A stretch of DNA of 63,552 nt, filler included, from Choristocarpus tenellus KU-1152 (taxonomy: Eukaryota; Protista; Phaeophyceae), in assembly GCA_964200185.2 (NCBI GenBank). It is 11 parts of 11 records of this genome, joined end to end, with 100 filler letters (N's around TTAATTAATTAA, not from the genome) between each part and the next. Parts side by side here need not be neighbours in the genome. Positions count along the whole stretch, not along the records: positions 9,152 to 13,508 come from CAXNAD020014941.1; positions 13,609 to 17,819 come from CAXNAD020015671.1; positions 17,920 to 23,804 come from CAXNAD020009512.1; 8 more parts are not named here. One strand, given 5' to 3'. Positions 11,197-23,490 of the stretch are shown here, in pieces; the first letter of the stretch is position 1, and the number at the start of each line of letters is the position of its first letter. The notes under the pieces were generated by a model. It did not search any database. It was not told where the DNA came from and worked only from the letters and a program-made list of their open reading frames with translations. The translations under genes and the position numbers were made by a program.

Positions 11197-12294
11197 CACA
11201 TGTTTGTCCATAATTCGGGGCTTGATGGGATGTTGTAAGATACCCCCGTTTGATGCCCCTTTTTTTTTTCAAGTGATTTTGGTTGAGGGCAGGGGGGTGG
11301 AAAATGAAGGTTTGTTCAGATGAAGGAAAATTGCCCTCACATCTGACCCGTTTTTAATCAGATATAACATGAAAATCACTACAGGCTCACACGGACCCTG
11401 TCTGAATGTACGCCTGACATCTCCTCTAGGAAACTGATACTATGGGTTGCTTCTTGATTCAACAATTGATAGTGTCTTACCCCCCTTACGCATCTGCACG
11501 CTTGAAAATAATAATAATAATAAATAATAAAAATAAATAAATAATATGACATTAATAATAATAATAAAAAGATTAATTGTGAGAGTTGTCGTAAGTTTTT
11601 AATCTCGTTGAGGTCTATTTTTTTTTTAAAGATACTAGTAAAATACAATCCCTTGAGTTTGTATGTATCTATGCATCTCTCTCTATATACTCCGTATATG
11701 TATATGTATATATATATCAATGCCACAAAAAGACGATGACATGTAAGTGTTGCACCTAAAGCCCTCTGATTGTTGCTTGGCAGGAATAAAACTTATTTAG
11801 CATATCAACGGTTGGTCTGCACAGGTCTGCACAACCCATCCTCCTCTCTACTAGTAGTATTGTTTTTAAGACTAATAGTAATAATGATAGTAGAGCTGCT
11901 GTTTTTTTTAATGTGAGAATGAACAATAGACCAAAAAACCCACTCACTCAAAGTACTCTTTTGTGTTGGTACAATATACAATACATACATATATATACAC
12001 ATACATACATACATACATACATTCACACACACATAATATGTACACGTATATGTATCAGATTGGCGTGTCGATCAAGACGGTGTTGGTAACCCTAGATTAA
12101 GAATAAATATAATTGAATAAATATAATTGATACTAAAAACAGTACTTCCTCCTCTGTTTCACCATCAGTTGGAATGCCCTGTGGGGTGGGTATATATTGT
12201 GTTTTAAATGCACAAGATTGTTGTGTCACACTCTTCATTATTTCTAAGGGAGGGGGGCGTTGACTTGCACCAAGAACCTACCTATATAAATATG

Positions 12295-12909
12295 CTCCTT
12301 CTGCCCCATATGTCTGTTCCTTTATGCATGTACCTCTCCAGAATGGCCTCCGATATCAAATCAGATTTTTGCACTGGGATGATTCCTCAGAAATTTTTAC
12401 GTACAATGAGTTATATTTGAAGAGTGCAAGAAGGTCTAGACCGTGTTGAAGCATGGGCTACTCATCTTTTGTGTTCCTGATATGATGCTCCGTCTGTCCC
12501 ATATGTCTGTCCCATATGTCTGTCCCATAAGTCTGTCCCATAAGTCTGTCCATTGCCTTGTGCATGTACCTCTTCGGGATGACCTCTGATTTCGAAGCGG
12601 ATTTTTGCATTGGATTCTTTTGACATTTTTTTTTTGTGTTAGAAACCTTTTCTCGCTTTCAGTCAAAAGAAAACGCCTTCAATATAACAATTCAGTGCCT
12701 TCTTGTGGACCTATGCCAGCCAGCTTTATCCTCTGTTCCATATTTTCAGAACAATCTCGGGATATATATATTTTTCAGATATAACTCATCTTACGTAAAA
12801 TTTTTCTTCCGAGTAAAATCCACAATAAAAAAATCCTCTTTTATATCGGGGGTCATCCTGAACAAGTAGGTAACATGCATAAAGGAACAGACTTGTGGGA
12901 CGGAGGGAG
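12295..12909. mobile_element. Stowaway-like non-autonomous mariner element
   Basis: The right end ...CATGCATAAAGGAACAGACTTGTGGGACGGAGGGAG-TA is the reverse complement of CTCCCTCCGTCCCA. The left end CTCCTTCTGCCCCATATGTCTGTTCCTTTATGCATG matches it. A second left end at ~12488 has the 13-mer CCCATA(T/A)GTCTGT four times. Confidence 0.8.
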
Positions 12910-13608
12910 TATCTGCGTATGGTATATACTATATACTATATTAATATTTTCATTTAGTTTTGGAAGGAAGTTTTTCTCCTTTAAAAAAAAAATAATGACA
13001 GGATGTGACACTTCTTCTTCTTCTTCTTCTTCTTCCCACCACTTTCTCCCTTTTTAGTTTTGTTTTTTAAAGTGTTGATTTTCTCGAAAGTGTGTTGATT
13101 GTGTTGACCATATCTGCGTCTGATTGGCTGAAGGACAGGCACCTGCCGACACCTACCTGTGTTCCAGACATCTGATTGGCTGAATGCTTTTTTTTTTTTT
13201 TTCGGACCTTCCTGCTTCCTCCGCCTCTTACCTACCTTCGATGAAATTGGTCAGTATGGAGATCGATCGACATGGATAGAATTGTCGTTACTATTGTTCA
13301 TTTTGTCAAAATGACCAATTCATTTTCAACATTCATAGGAACATGATGTATTGATATAGAATAGTAGTGTATTTTTCATAAATAATTTTGTGTGTATTGA
13401 TAGAATAGTAGTTGAGAATCGTGTGTGTGGCGGCGTGGTTCACTCAGGTAAGCGTGGCGAAGACAATCACCAGGCAAAAGACGGACCAGGGGTCAAAGCA
13501 TCCTGGGGNNNNNNNNNNNNNNNNNNNNNNNNNNNNNNNNNNNNNNNNNNNNTTAATTAATTAANNNNNNNNNNNNNNNNNNNNNNNNNNNNNNNNNNNN
13601 NNNNNNNN

Positions 13609-15153
13609 CTGACAAGATTTCTGAGTTGCCCTTGCCCGCGTGTGGGGTGGCACCGTCTTGCTGAATGACAACGTTCTTCCCCTGCAACCAAGGCATCATG
13701 GTCTTGATTGCAGGCAGTAACTCCTCCGTGTACCGCCTCCTGTACCACAAATTGTCTAACGTACAGTCCTGCTCATACACACATCCCCCCTTTTATGATT
13801 CTTGCTTGTCCTGTCTATCGGTTTTGGCGCACACACACGCCAAACACCAAGCTTTCCATCAAAGATGTGAGCCGAATCTGGGTGGGCATTGGTTGCAATG
13901 ATCATGGTTTTGGGGATGGCTCTTGTGCTGCACAGTAGGGGACTCTGGAAGGTCGCTATCATCCGTATGCGGAAATATCCTAACCCGTTCCCCATCAGCC
14001 ATCACGTAAAACCAGGTTTCACCCACATGGATCATGGATCGAGTTCGCCATGGAGGCGTACACACCACGTTTCAGGTCCACTTGATCGCAAACAAAGTCC
14101 ATTCTCCATACCGTTTGCCACGATTTAAGCTTGGGTTTGATCCAGCGGCAATTCGGCATGGCCTCCATATAATCCAACCACCTGTTTATGGTGCTCATGC
14201 TATAATTCAGCCCCTTGGCGGCCATCTTCATCGTCACCTGACGCACTATGGATGACTGATTATCGGAGTTGATACTATGTATTGCGGCCATCTTGGTCGG
14301 TGTGACCCCGAAGACCGCCTACTATGTGCTGCCACCCCTAGGTCAAGCGTGTGGCCATGGGCGAGCTGATTGGCGACGTCCTCCCAGAGCCCTCGCATGT
14401 AACGCTTAGACACTCCAAACTTCGCTGCAAGGGCCGGCCCAACGTGCTCACCAGGGACGATTGTGAGGGCGTGCCGCGCTGCAAACGCAACCCTGGTATC
14501 TCAACATATGTCACTGCAACCCATGTTCCAATTTCGGAAAGAGGTTCGGTTGAATTCGCTGGAATTAGTTCTGACGATAGCCGCAGCATTGCAACTACGT
14601 TGACATGTTAGATGTAAGGTGAAATCTGTCTCTTCGCGGATTGGGTTGAGTGTTCGAGATGTAGGTAATTGATGCTGGCTAGGGTTAGGGTTAGGGTTAT
14701 GGTTATGGTTAGGGTTAGGGTTAGGATCATGGGTGTTACCTTCAGGGCTTACATTGTCAGCGACTGGGGTGTCAGAAGACGGTTTATGAACGGTTTTGAT
14801 CGAACAAATTATAGATGCTGGAGTAGTGATTTTGGTGATACCACTATTGACAGCTAGTGTGATTCAGGGACACCTGTGCACCCTTCCTACGCAGGGGGGT
14901 CGGCGGGGGGGTTGCCATGCCGACGTTCTGACCCTTGACGTCCCAGTTCTGGTCTCAAAATCTCCCAAAAAGACCCCTACTTTGATGGCTTGAAGCACCT
15001 CGAGTTTGTACATGATGATCCTCGATCCCCGCCTTTTCCAAAAGCTGAGATTATCAATCCGATTTCATTCTGTGGGGTTATCGTCCGATTCCACCCCATT
15101 CTCGCTCGGTGAGTCCAGATATTTCCTGGCACAAACTTACGGCACAGAGATAG
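13609..15153 (-). mobile_element. Degenerate DD39D-type mariner transposon (5' end and catalytic region; truncated by gap)
   Basis: Frameshifted segments: IKPKLKSWQTVWRMDFV, MIHVGETWFY (HxDEKWF-like, first Asp lost), VQHKSH, FDGKLGVW, LLPAIKTMMPW, VVIQQDGATPH. TIR-like ACAAACTTACGGCACAGAGATAG-TA at 15131-15155. Confidence 0.85.
14681..14725 (+). repeat. Interstitial telomere-like (TTAGGG)n tract; (CCCTAA)n also at 59617-59641
   Basis: AGGGTTAGGGTTAGGGTTATGGTTATGGTTAGGGTTAGGGTTAGG. Confidence 0.85.
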
Positions 15154-15304
15154 TACAAATACTTACAAGGGCTTCTATTATTTCTGTCGAAGTTCTTCAA
15201 CCGTAGAGAAATCAACGTTCTGAAGTCATTCGTAAGGTCTCATACATAGAAGTAAGGGTGAATAGCAAAGATGAGAAAAGTGGCTTCAAATCAAAAACGG
15301 CCAA

Positions 15305-15561
15305 GAGGGAAAGTATCTTAGAGGGTAGAGCCGCGTCCACTTGGGGACCAAAATCCAATGTTGCGATTTTGATGTAATTTTGGCTATCGTGTTTGTTAGG
15401 AAGTGTCAACATCCTTGTTCCGGACAGACCTTTTCATAACGCATACAATTTACTTACTCCGTGGGAGTTGGGAGCTGGAAAATGTCATAAAAACACGTGG
15501 GAAGCCAAGCCCCAAACGGACAAACAGGGCAAAGCTCCTACCCTCGAAGATACTTTCACTC
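15305..15561 (+). mobile_element. MITE family A (PIF/Harbinger-like), TSD CAA
   Basis: TIR GAGGGAAAGTATCTTAGAGGGTAG ... CTACCCTCGAAGATACTTTCACTC, with CAA on both sides; homologous to four other copies. Confidence 0.9.
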
Positions 15562-15750
15562 CAAAATCTGGGTACCTCTCGTATATGTTGGCTTTGTGTG
15601 TGTATATATATATGTGGATGAAAACCTGATAAATGAATATCTGGTTGTCCATCTATTCCTAGTCCATCTTCTCAAAACCTTCAAATTATCAAAATGCACT
15701 GGACAGCCCGTCTGATTTGAATTGTCTCAATGAACGGTGCTCATGCATAG

Positions 15751-16067
15751 TGTGCTATTTACCTTGGGAGGTAGTGCTATTTATCAGTGGTGAACATAAG
15801 AAGGTGTGAAGCCTCACACGATTCCCTTTGCTAAACGTGAAAATAATGGATGGATGGAATCAGAAGAGGGAGAGGTTTTGACATGGGGAAGAAATCCTGT
15901 CAAGATTAAGTCTGAATTTAAGATATAGCTAACAGCTGAGGGGACCATGGAACAGTTCAAGGCCAGGTTGGTAGCACAGGACTTCACTCAACGAGGGGAT
16001 GTACAAAACATTAGTTACATCTCTAATACAAAAAATAAGGTACACCTCACTATTGTCCTATTTTGCA
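15751..16067 (+). mobile_element. Internally deleted copy of the LTR family at 64-353, carrying a copia RT fragment
   Basis: Both ends match the solo LTR (TGTGC.ATTTACCTTGG.AGGTA.TGCTATTTATCAGT.GTGAA and AAAATAAGGTACACCT.ACTATTGTCCT.TTTTGCA). 15947-15997 encodes MEQFKARLVAQDFTQRG (copia KARLVAxGFxQ). Confidence 0.8.
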
Positions 16068-16079
16068 TTTTTTTGGGGG

Positions 16080-16286
16080 GGGTTAAAGTATCTTTTGGTG
16101 GGGGATGGTTTGTGAGGGGGCGTCCGTTTCGGTCCCGACGAAGTACTAAAAAATCATGGGAATTCCTCTCTTCAGTCGCGGAGAGTGATCAGCTGAAGAC
16201 AGCAATTCCTATGATTTTTGAGTATTTCGTCCGGACCGAAACGGACGCCCCCTCACAAACCACCACCCCCTACGATACTTGGACCC
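16080..16286. mobile_element. Hairpin MITE family C (~90-bp inverted arms)
   Basis: TGGTTTGTGAGGGGGCGTCCGTTTCGGTCC...TCTTCAG pairs with CTGAAGA...GGACCGAAACGGACGCCCCCTCACAAACCA. Termini AAGTATC / GATACTT are as in families A and B. Confidence 0.88.
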
Positions 16287-17949
16287 GGTCACCGTCCTTG
16301 TATGAAGTATTTTGGGCTAAAATGCATTAAGGATGTACGCTTGGCGCTTGAGTGGGTGTAGGCTACGTTGTTATGGCTCAGGGAAGTTGTCCTTAGGTTC
16401 AAAGCCTGGAGTCTGCCTGGTTGCCGCCGCTTGGTTGGGGTGTGGAAGAGATGGCATATGTTGTGGAAATTTCGACTTGTGCTGAAGATGGTGGAGTGGA
16501 GTACGAGATGTGTGTGCGTGAACGTCCCCCTGGTAAGGTTCTTGCCAATTTTCCTGTGGTCCTATCAGCGCAAAGGGGGGAGGAAAAAGGATTGGGGCGG
16601 CATTGCAGCAAAGGTATTAGAGAATGGTGGCAGAACGCACCAATGGAGACGAAATTTAGGTTGCCATATCGGGCCAATAAATACATGTGTAGGAGGACAC
16701 GTAAACACAAACTCTTCGGGAGGAGAATTAATTCAATATTTATATCAAATGCATTAGTCCGTTGTTTTATGGAACGTATGATCCCTGTCCATCATAACAT
16801 GTCTGTGGAGGCATGTGTCTGACTGGCGAAGTGGAGGGTGACTCACGAACAGATATTGGCCTATGTTGCTTCTCAAAGCCGTGTCTGTCGTCAATATGGT
16901 GGCTCTGTTGGACTTATACCCAGAACCAGACCCGTTTAGGAGGGTCTTGGTCAATGATGTTGTAGTGTTGGACAGGGAGCTGTGCATATTTCGCAAGTCG
17001 CCATTCTCCCGTTTGACCTTGTAGGGGTAGCTGACTCGCTTTTCACTAACTTAGACCGTGTGTAGTGGGGCTGGTACTTGGTCACGGTCCCTCGCATCCG
17101 CTGATCGTCCCATCCGAAGTATAGTCCCCTTCCCTTAGTTCTGGCATTGAGCGTTACTCCCTCATCTGAATCCGGCACATATAACTCAGTGTCGGTTCAA
17201 GGGAAATATAGGCCTGTTCATATCCCCAAGCTTTCGTGCCCGACAGCGAACTCGGACTCCCATGGTTGCAGTCTAATCATTGTCTCTCTTTTGTTCTTGT
17301 CTCGAAATTGGTTGACACCCTCTTCGATCACATCCTCTGTTATGTACGATCCCGGTTGAGGGGGGGTACATATTTTCGCCATCGTTCGGGAGGTAGGACA
17401 TAGAGTAAATATACGCCTCTGAAACATCTACGTGAGCATCGCTGACCTTCCCCTGTACGATTGACCCCCCCCACTCGCGCGTATGATGAAGCTGGTTCCT
17501 CAACCGAATCTTTCTTCGGGCGTGTCCCCAAGTCTGAGTTGCCTAGAGAAACGAGCAGGAATCCCACCGAGCGATTGCCGGTTGGATTCCGAGGCGAACC
17601 TCTGGTATTGACCAGGGAGGATCCTGAATGAGTTGTCCAGGTGGTTGTGGTCGATGTCTGTGAGGTCTGGGATGATGATAGCCTGAAGGGGCACGACCCG
17701 GGGGTCCGGTTGTGCGTCCTGCATCGCCACAAACATGTTCGTTGTGGGGGCTGTGTTGGTGTGTAGGACAATATTGGAATGTGTTTGCGCGTTATGGCCT
17801 GGTTTAGCTGTATGAGGGGNNNNNNNNNNNNNNNNNNNNNNNNNNNNNNNNNNNNNNNNNNNNTTAATTAATTAANNNNNNNNNNNNNNNNNNNNNNNNN
17901 NNNNNNNNNNNNNNNNNNNGAGTAATGGAGGAAAGGTAGAGCCAGATGT

Positions 17950-18620
17950 ATGTTTCGGTATATTTCAGTTGAGCTCTATACAACGTTCATATATGGTAGT
18001 TCATGTATGGTAGGGACCTAATATTGGATCATCAGTTGATATATCATATATGGCACGTATGGTAAGTAGATATGATTCTTTTCTGATTATCCATGTGGGC
18101 GTTGCAAATCCCACATGGTAGTCTGCACTGGTCTTACCCACATATTCAGTCAGAGGAATTGAGATCAGAAGCCCCTTGTAATATTAATTTTGCATATCCA
18201 CATCAAGCTATTAATTGTCTTTCATCAGAGCACCAAAGTCGCGGGTCCAGTGTGGAATATATAAAAATTTGACACCCACGATAGGTTGGATGTAACTTCA
18301 TTATCAGCATCTACATAGTTGCTGGCATATCTTTTATGTTGATACCATCAGACACATCTAGACAAACCCTGTACAGTCAGAAGTAATTTTTTTTACTGTT
18401 TCACCTTACTTAAGTATACATATGTAAGATAGACGACTAGTTGCAAGGAGCTGCTGGGGACACGAGGAGGTAGTGTGATGGTTCAAATGATAATCAAGTG
18501 TCCAGCATTGTTGTAGAAAGCAAGCAATTACTCAATAAGGGCAAGGTGTATCTCATTGCCTGGCGTGTTTGTTAGAATTTACCTCAATTTCTTATTTTTA
18601 TGTTGGACAAGAAAATTTGA
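17950..18620 (+). mobile_element. Highly degenerate copia RT/RNase H remnant
   Basis: Traces VGT*YW...DISYMARMVSRY (RPDIxYAVxxLSRY-like), DNQ and RARCISLPGVFVR (RTKHIDIRYHFVR-like). Confidence 0.4.
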
Positions 18621-18850
18621 ATCATTGGCATCAATCACTCTTTTCTTTTTGAACGATGTCTGTTATTTTTATATTTTTATTATACTGGCAAAGACTTGTC
18701 GACACACATATAGTGCTTGATATACAATCCCCTCTTCCCTGGCTCCTGTCCCTCCACTGGTGACTCTCTCTCCCTCTCTCTCTTTCCATGTCCCTGTCCC
18801 TGTCCCTGTCCCTGTCAATATCCCTAACCTCATATTGTTGCCGGTGACAG

Positions 18851-18948
18851 CGAGGGTCAAGGCTGCAGGTATTTCATGTGTAGCTGTTGGTGAGGTCCTC
18901 CTTCGCAGCAACACCCCTGGACAGAGAGCACAGTACCTCCTCACCTAA
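18851..18948 (+). CDS. Putative terminal exon of an indole-3-glycerol-phosphate synthase (TrpC-like) TIM-barrel protein
   Basis: After a GACAG acceptor: RVKAAGISCVAVGEVLLRSNTPGQRAQYLLT-stop, resembling the IGPS C-terminal AGxxAVLVGExLMRxxDP motif. Only one exon is visible. Confidence 0.45.
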
Positions 18949-19241
18949 GAGGGGCCTGCCTGCCTGCCTACGCGCCTGCCTCGAGCTGCACTTTTGATTG
19001 GATATGAATCAGTCAATTTTTGTGTGCTGACAAGCAGGGAGAGGAGTTAGTTCGACTCTCCAAAGAGGGAACAAGAAGGTACAAAGTTACATTTTGAGCT
19101 CTCCCTTCAATTTCCAGGCCTCGGCGATGATGTTAGGGTTAGGGTTGATAGCATACGCAGTCAAGGTCCTGTCCTCAAGTGTACCCTCTAAGTGTTCGCT
19201 ACTATATAAGTATTATGCAAGTCTTGTATAATCCCATCTTT

Positions 19242-19392
19242 GGCTCAAAGTATCTGAGAGGGGGGGCGGCGGCCGTCCATTTGGGTCCAATTTTTTCATG
19301 TCGCGATTTTTGGGTGATTTGGTTCCATACTTCGGATGGACAATGTAAGTGCACTTTTCCTGGTTATGGCCCAAATGAACACCCTTGTGTAG

Positions 19393-19428
<36 letters not shown>

Positions 19429-19518
19429 AACCTCTTTCTTTCTCACTTACTTATGGCCCAAATAAACTCCCTTTTGGAGCCCCCCCCCCCCCCCCCCCCC
19501 CCCCAGATACTTTAGATC
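19242..19518 (+). mobile_element. MITE family B (poly-G/poly-C subterminal tracts), TSD TTT
   Basis: GGCTCAAAGTATCTGAGAGGGGGG ... CCCCCAGATACTTTAGATC, with TTT on both sides; the 3' end segment is duplicated internally. Confidence 0.88.
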
Positions 19519-20091
19519 TTTGTGGGTGACCAAGTGTGTACGTAAGAGATACAGTTTAAGTTGCTCTGGTTAGCAGTTGACTGAAAGAGTGAAGAGGGGA
19601 AGGTGGGACATGTTATCTATTGATGCTGTGACCTTAGGAACATTGGTGGAGTATTGATGCATTTCTTGTCTGCAAAGAAAGTATGGATAAGAAAAATAGT
19701 TTGGGTTGTGTGTGCTACGTCAGGACGAAGCCTTCTTTCCCCTGTTAGTAAAAGACACGTCTCTTTACCAACTGACCACAGGTCATTGATGCCTGTTGGT
19801 GTATCACCAAACAGGCTTTTCCCTCTCTAAGGCAAACACCGTACATGAAAGGATAGTCCTACAGGACCTATTCCTAGTTTGCATTCAATTTAACCATGTG
19901 AAGGCGCTTTGATTCCTATAGTGAGGTTTATTTAATGCTGTTGGTACATTTTGATCACACAGCAGCCTACATCGAAATGGAGGAACTCACTTTATCCAAC
20001 AGAGAACACGACTTGAACTCACTATCAAGTTAGTCTCAAGATACATACGTATATATCCAAATCACACTTCACAAATATGGAGTAGCAGACT

Positions 20092-20349
20092 GAGTCAAAG
20101 TATCTTAGAGGGTAGGGCTGCGTGCATTTGGGGGCCAAAATCCAATGTTGGTATTTTGATGTGATTTTGGCTATCGCATTTGTTAGGAAGTGTCAATATT
20201 CTTGTTCCGGACACACCTTTTCATAATGTACACATTTTACCTCTCCAAACCATTTTGGATGAGGTAAAATGTCATTAAAAACCTATGGGAAGCCAAGCCC
20301 CAAGTGGACAAACAGGGCAAAACTCGTACCCTCTAAGATACTTTCACTC
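20092..20349 (+). mobile_element. MITE family A
   Basis: TIR GAGTCAAAGTATCTTAGAGGGTA ... TACCCTCTAAGATACTTTCACTC; colinear with 15305-15561; no TSD evident. Confidence 0.9.
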
Positions 20350-22741
20350 GGCTACACTCAACTTCAACAGGCAAACAGTGAGTCCTCTCTATCTCAGAAC
20401 ACATCCACAATTAGTGTATGGTAATGTAATTTGATGCACGGAGGGAGTGATCATGTGACCATGTAAGAAGTGATGTAATAGAGATAAGAAAGGATGAGGT
20501 GGTGAGAATCGCGCCTGAAACTCAGACAGATCGAGGAGGCAGGCAAGCTTTGGCGAGAGATGCAGAAACACAAACCCACCTTTAATATTGTTGTGACAGT
20601 TTCAATATTAATTTTAGACATGGTAATTTTGTGATTTTATGGTACGTGATTGATTCAAAGATATTGTAGCACCTACCAGGTTAAGCAACCAGAGAGCACA
20701 CCATTAACACTGCCGCTAAAATGGGGACTGAAACAGCCCCCTTATAGGTATGAAAGGCAAAAACCAAATGTGGGTAAGCCAGGTACAGTGCAGTGCATAA
20801 GGCACAGTAACATGGAAGTAATATGCTGATATTGGAAAACATTAAACGCGTATCTCTTGCGATGGAAATCTCGATATGCCAATACAAGCAATAGAGACAC
20901 AGGTGCACGAAACCCACAGAAGTGTGGCAATTGGAACCTTTGGCGGTGTGTGGTGCAAGGGAGGGAAGGAGGAAGTGGGTTCTAATCATGCATATAAACT
21001 TGCTTGTGGTGTACCTTTATCAATCAACAGTTGCTCACATTGTCTAGATACTATCTCAATCCGTGGTCAGAGGCACTATAGACTACACACTACACACAAC
21101 TAGACTACTTCTCATACTAGCAACTCATAACATAACTAACTGTTGCACTGTGACTGACTAATTGTGCCATCTCCGTTCAAGTCTTGTTTCTCGAGTCTTG
21201 GAATCAACCATCTCACAAGTCGCTCCATCTCCCCCGCTGAATCGATCCGTAGCGAAGACTTGCCAGCTTGTCCTTGATCTGGTGTTCTTGTGGCACAGCC
21301 AGTTGACTTTAGATAATCGAAAAAAGATCAATGGGACTTGAACCCATGAAATTCATGCAGGGAATAACACCCCCAACAATTATTTTAGTACGACAAAAAG
21401 GACGCTCCTTGCGTTGTTGTGACTGTTCTGTCGTATCGAGGTGAGAGTCAAAAACAGCAGAAAAGGTTTGCTATATATTTTATTATTATACCCTCTGACA
21501 TTTTCCAGATGTGTCAGGGTCAAAACCAATGAAAACTATTCACATGTCAGAAAACCTCCTAAACAAGTAGCAGTTGTCGTAAATGTGGAAGTCATTAATC
21601 TATATATCATTTTACTACGAGGTATGCTACACCACTGCTCTCCTGTACCTCCAGCCTAGCTTAGTCCTGCACCCCAGAGTGAGGAGCTAGGGAAGCATGC
21701 CAAGAATCGAACAAACCCCTCCTTGCCCATGTCCCTGTTGTCTCCAACATAAAACGCATGACACGTCTAGATAGGGCTACTTGTGTTGCGACAAACACTA
21801 TCTATCCTAGACGGGATTTGACAGCTCCTTTCCTGCTGTAGCCTCCTGCCCCTCTCCCCCCTACCACGCACGTAGCTAGCTCGTCCAGAAAAAGACAGTC
21901 TTTGGTCCTTGCATATCTAATTACTATTTATAGTGGAGCGCAGCATGTAAGAGACACAAGCGAGTGTCACTAGCATTTAAACTATAATTACAAAATAGTG
22001 TTTAGTAAGAGATCCAAGAGGGTTGAAAAAAAATAGAATAGAAAGAAAATCGAGGGTCACTGACAACATTCCCAGAAGGGGTGTCACCTTGTTCCTTTCT
22101 TGTTTGAACGGGATGCAGTATATAATTCAACCGCATAAGAGTTGCGTTCCTTAGACATGTGTGAGTATTTTTCCTCTCACCCCATGGTTCGGCCTCAGGG
22201 GGCACTGTGAGTTCAGGGAGTTAGTTCCTTGCTCCAATCATGATGGTGATTCTAAATCTTCTCAGACTTTCAGAGGCTTATGAACGCTTGTGTTCGAGAG
22301 ACACTGACTTGGTCCACACCATCATACCGCTGTTTATATATGTGGTGGAGATAGTCCCCCCCCCAATGAAGTCACTGCAGCATCCTTGGCTCAGCCCATG
22401 CTCTCACCCTGCCAAAAGGTTCAAAGTAATACTCCTCATCCCTCAAAGAAAGTCTTGAAAATACAGACAGACAAACGGGACTATACACATAACACTAACA
22501 CGGTAGAATATATGACATTAAGTAATATATATGATCCTCTAATACTTCGGCGTAACAATACTTATCTTTTGCTGTAAGACAATGCACAATATCCCCGCCC
22601 CGTCAAACAACAGCAAAGTCATTCCATACCTGGGTGTTATTACACTTAATGAATGTGCAGTCCTGAACAAAACAACAACACATCAAATGAACTGGAAGAC
22701 CTGGTAACCAACAAGTTCAAAATGATCGCCCAATGATTATG

Positions 22742-23490
22742 TCCTTGTGTGTTTAATGGGTGCATATTTCTTGCATTGAGTGTTTGTGTCGATGGATCTT
22801 CCATCGATTTAGATTGTTCATATATAGTGTTGGTTGTCCAGGACTGCAACGTCGTGAGAGGTAAGGACGCGAAGAAGGCTAAGGAAACGTTTGTTCTTGA
22901 CAAAGCATTCGTTACCTCCTTCACATCAATGCTTACCTCTCATGACCAAGAAGTCCTACACAAAATATCGATACACAAAATCAGATAGAAGGTCTATCAA
23001 TACAAACACTCAATGAAAATAATATGCACGCATCAAGCACACAAGAGCTAAAGTTCCTTACCTTCTACATGCCCTTACTTACCTCTTGTGACCAAGACGT
23101 CCTACACAGAATATCAATACACCATATCGGATGGAAGACCTATCAACATAAATATGCACCCATCCAGCACAAAAGATCGAGACCATTCCTTACCTTTTTC
23201 ATGCCCTTACTTACCTCTCATGACCTTGCAGTCCTATACAGGATATCAATGCACCAAATCAGATAGAAGATCCATCAACACAAACAAACAATGAGAAAAG
23301 TATGCACCCACCCAGCACAAAAGATCCAAACAATCCCTTACCTTCATGTCCATACTTACCTCTCATGACCTTGCAACCCTACACAATATATCAATGCACC
23401 AAATAAGATGGAAGGACCATCAACACAAACACTCGATGCACAAAATATCCATCCATCCAGCACACGAGAACAAAATCATTCGTTACCTTC
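22742..23490. repeat. Tandem array of ~130-150-bp units (about 4 direct copies plus 1 inverted copy)
   Basis: Units start TTACCT at ~22912, 23058, 23189 and 23338 (partial at 23483) and share CTTACCTCT..TGACC, GAAG.CC.TCAACA and TATGCACCCA motifs; 22742-22890 is a reverse-complement unit. Confidence 0.85.

Noticed and set aside
11397-11501. Possible antisense exon nested in the ettA intron
   Set aside because: It is a GC-richer island with a plausible acceptor, but there is no recognisable protein motif or phase-compatible partner exon.
14681-14725. True telomere
   Set aside because: The tract is short, degenerate and internal to a contig and to a transposon.
21325-21360. tRNA- or SINE-like B-box (GGGACTTGAACCC)
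   Set aside because: No cloverleaf or A-box could be built around it.
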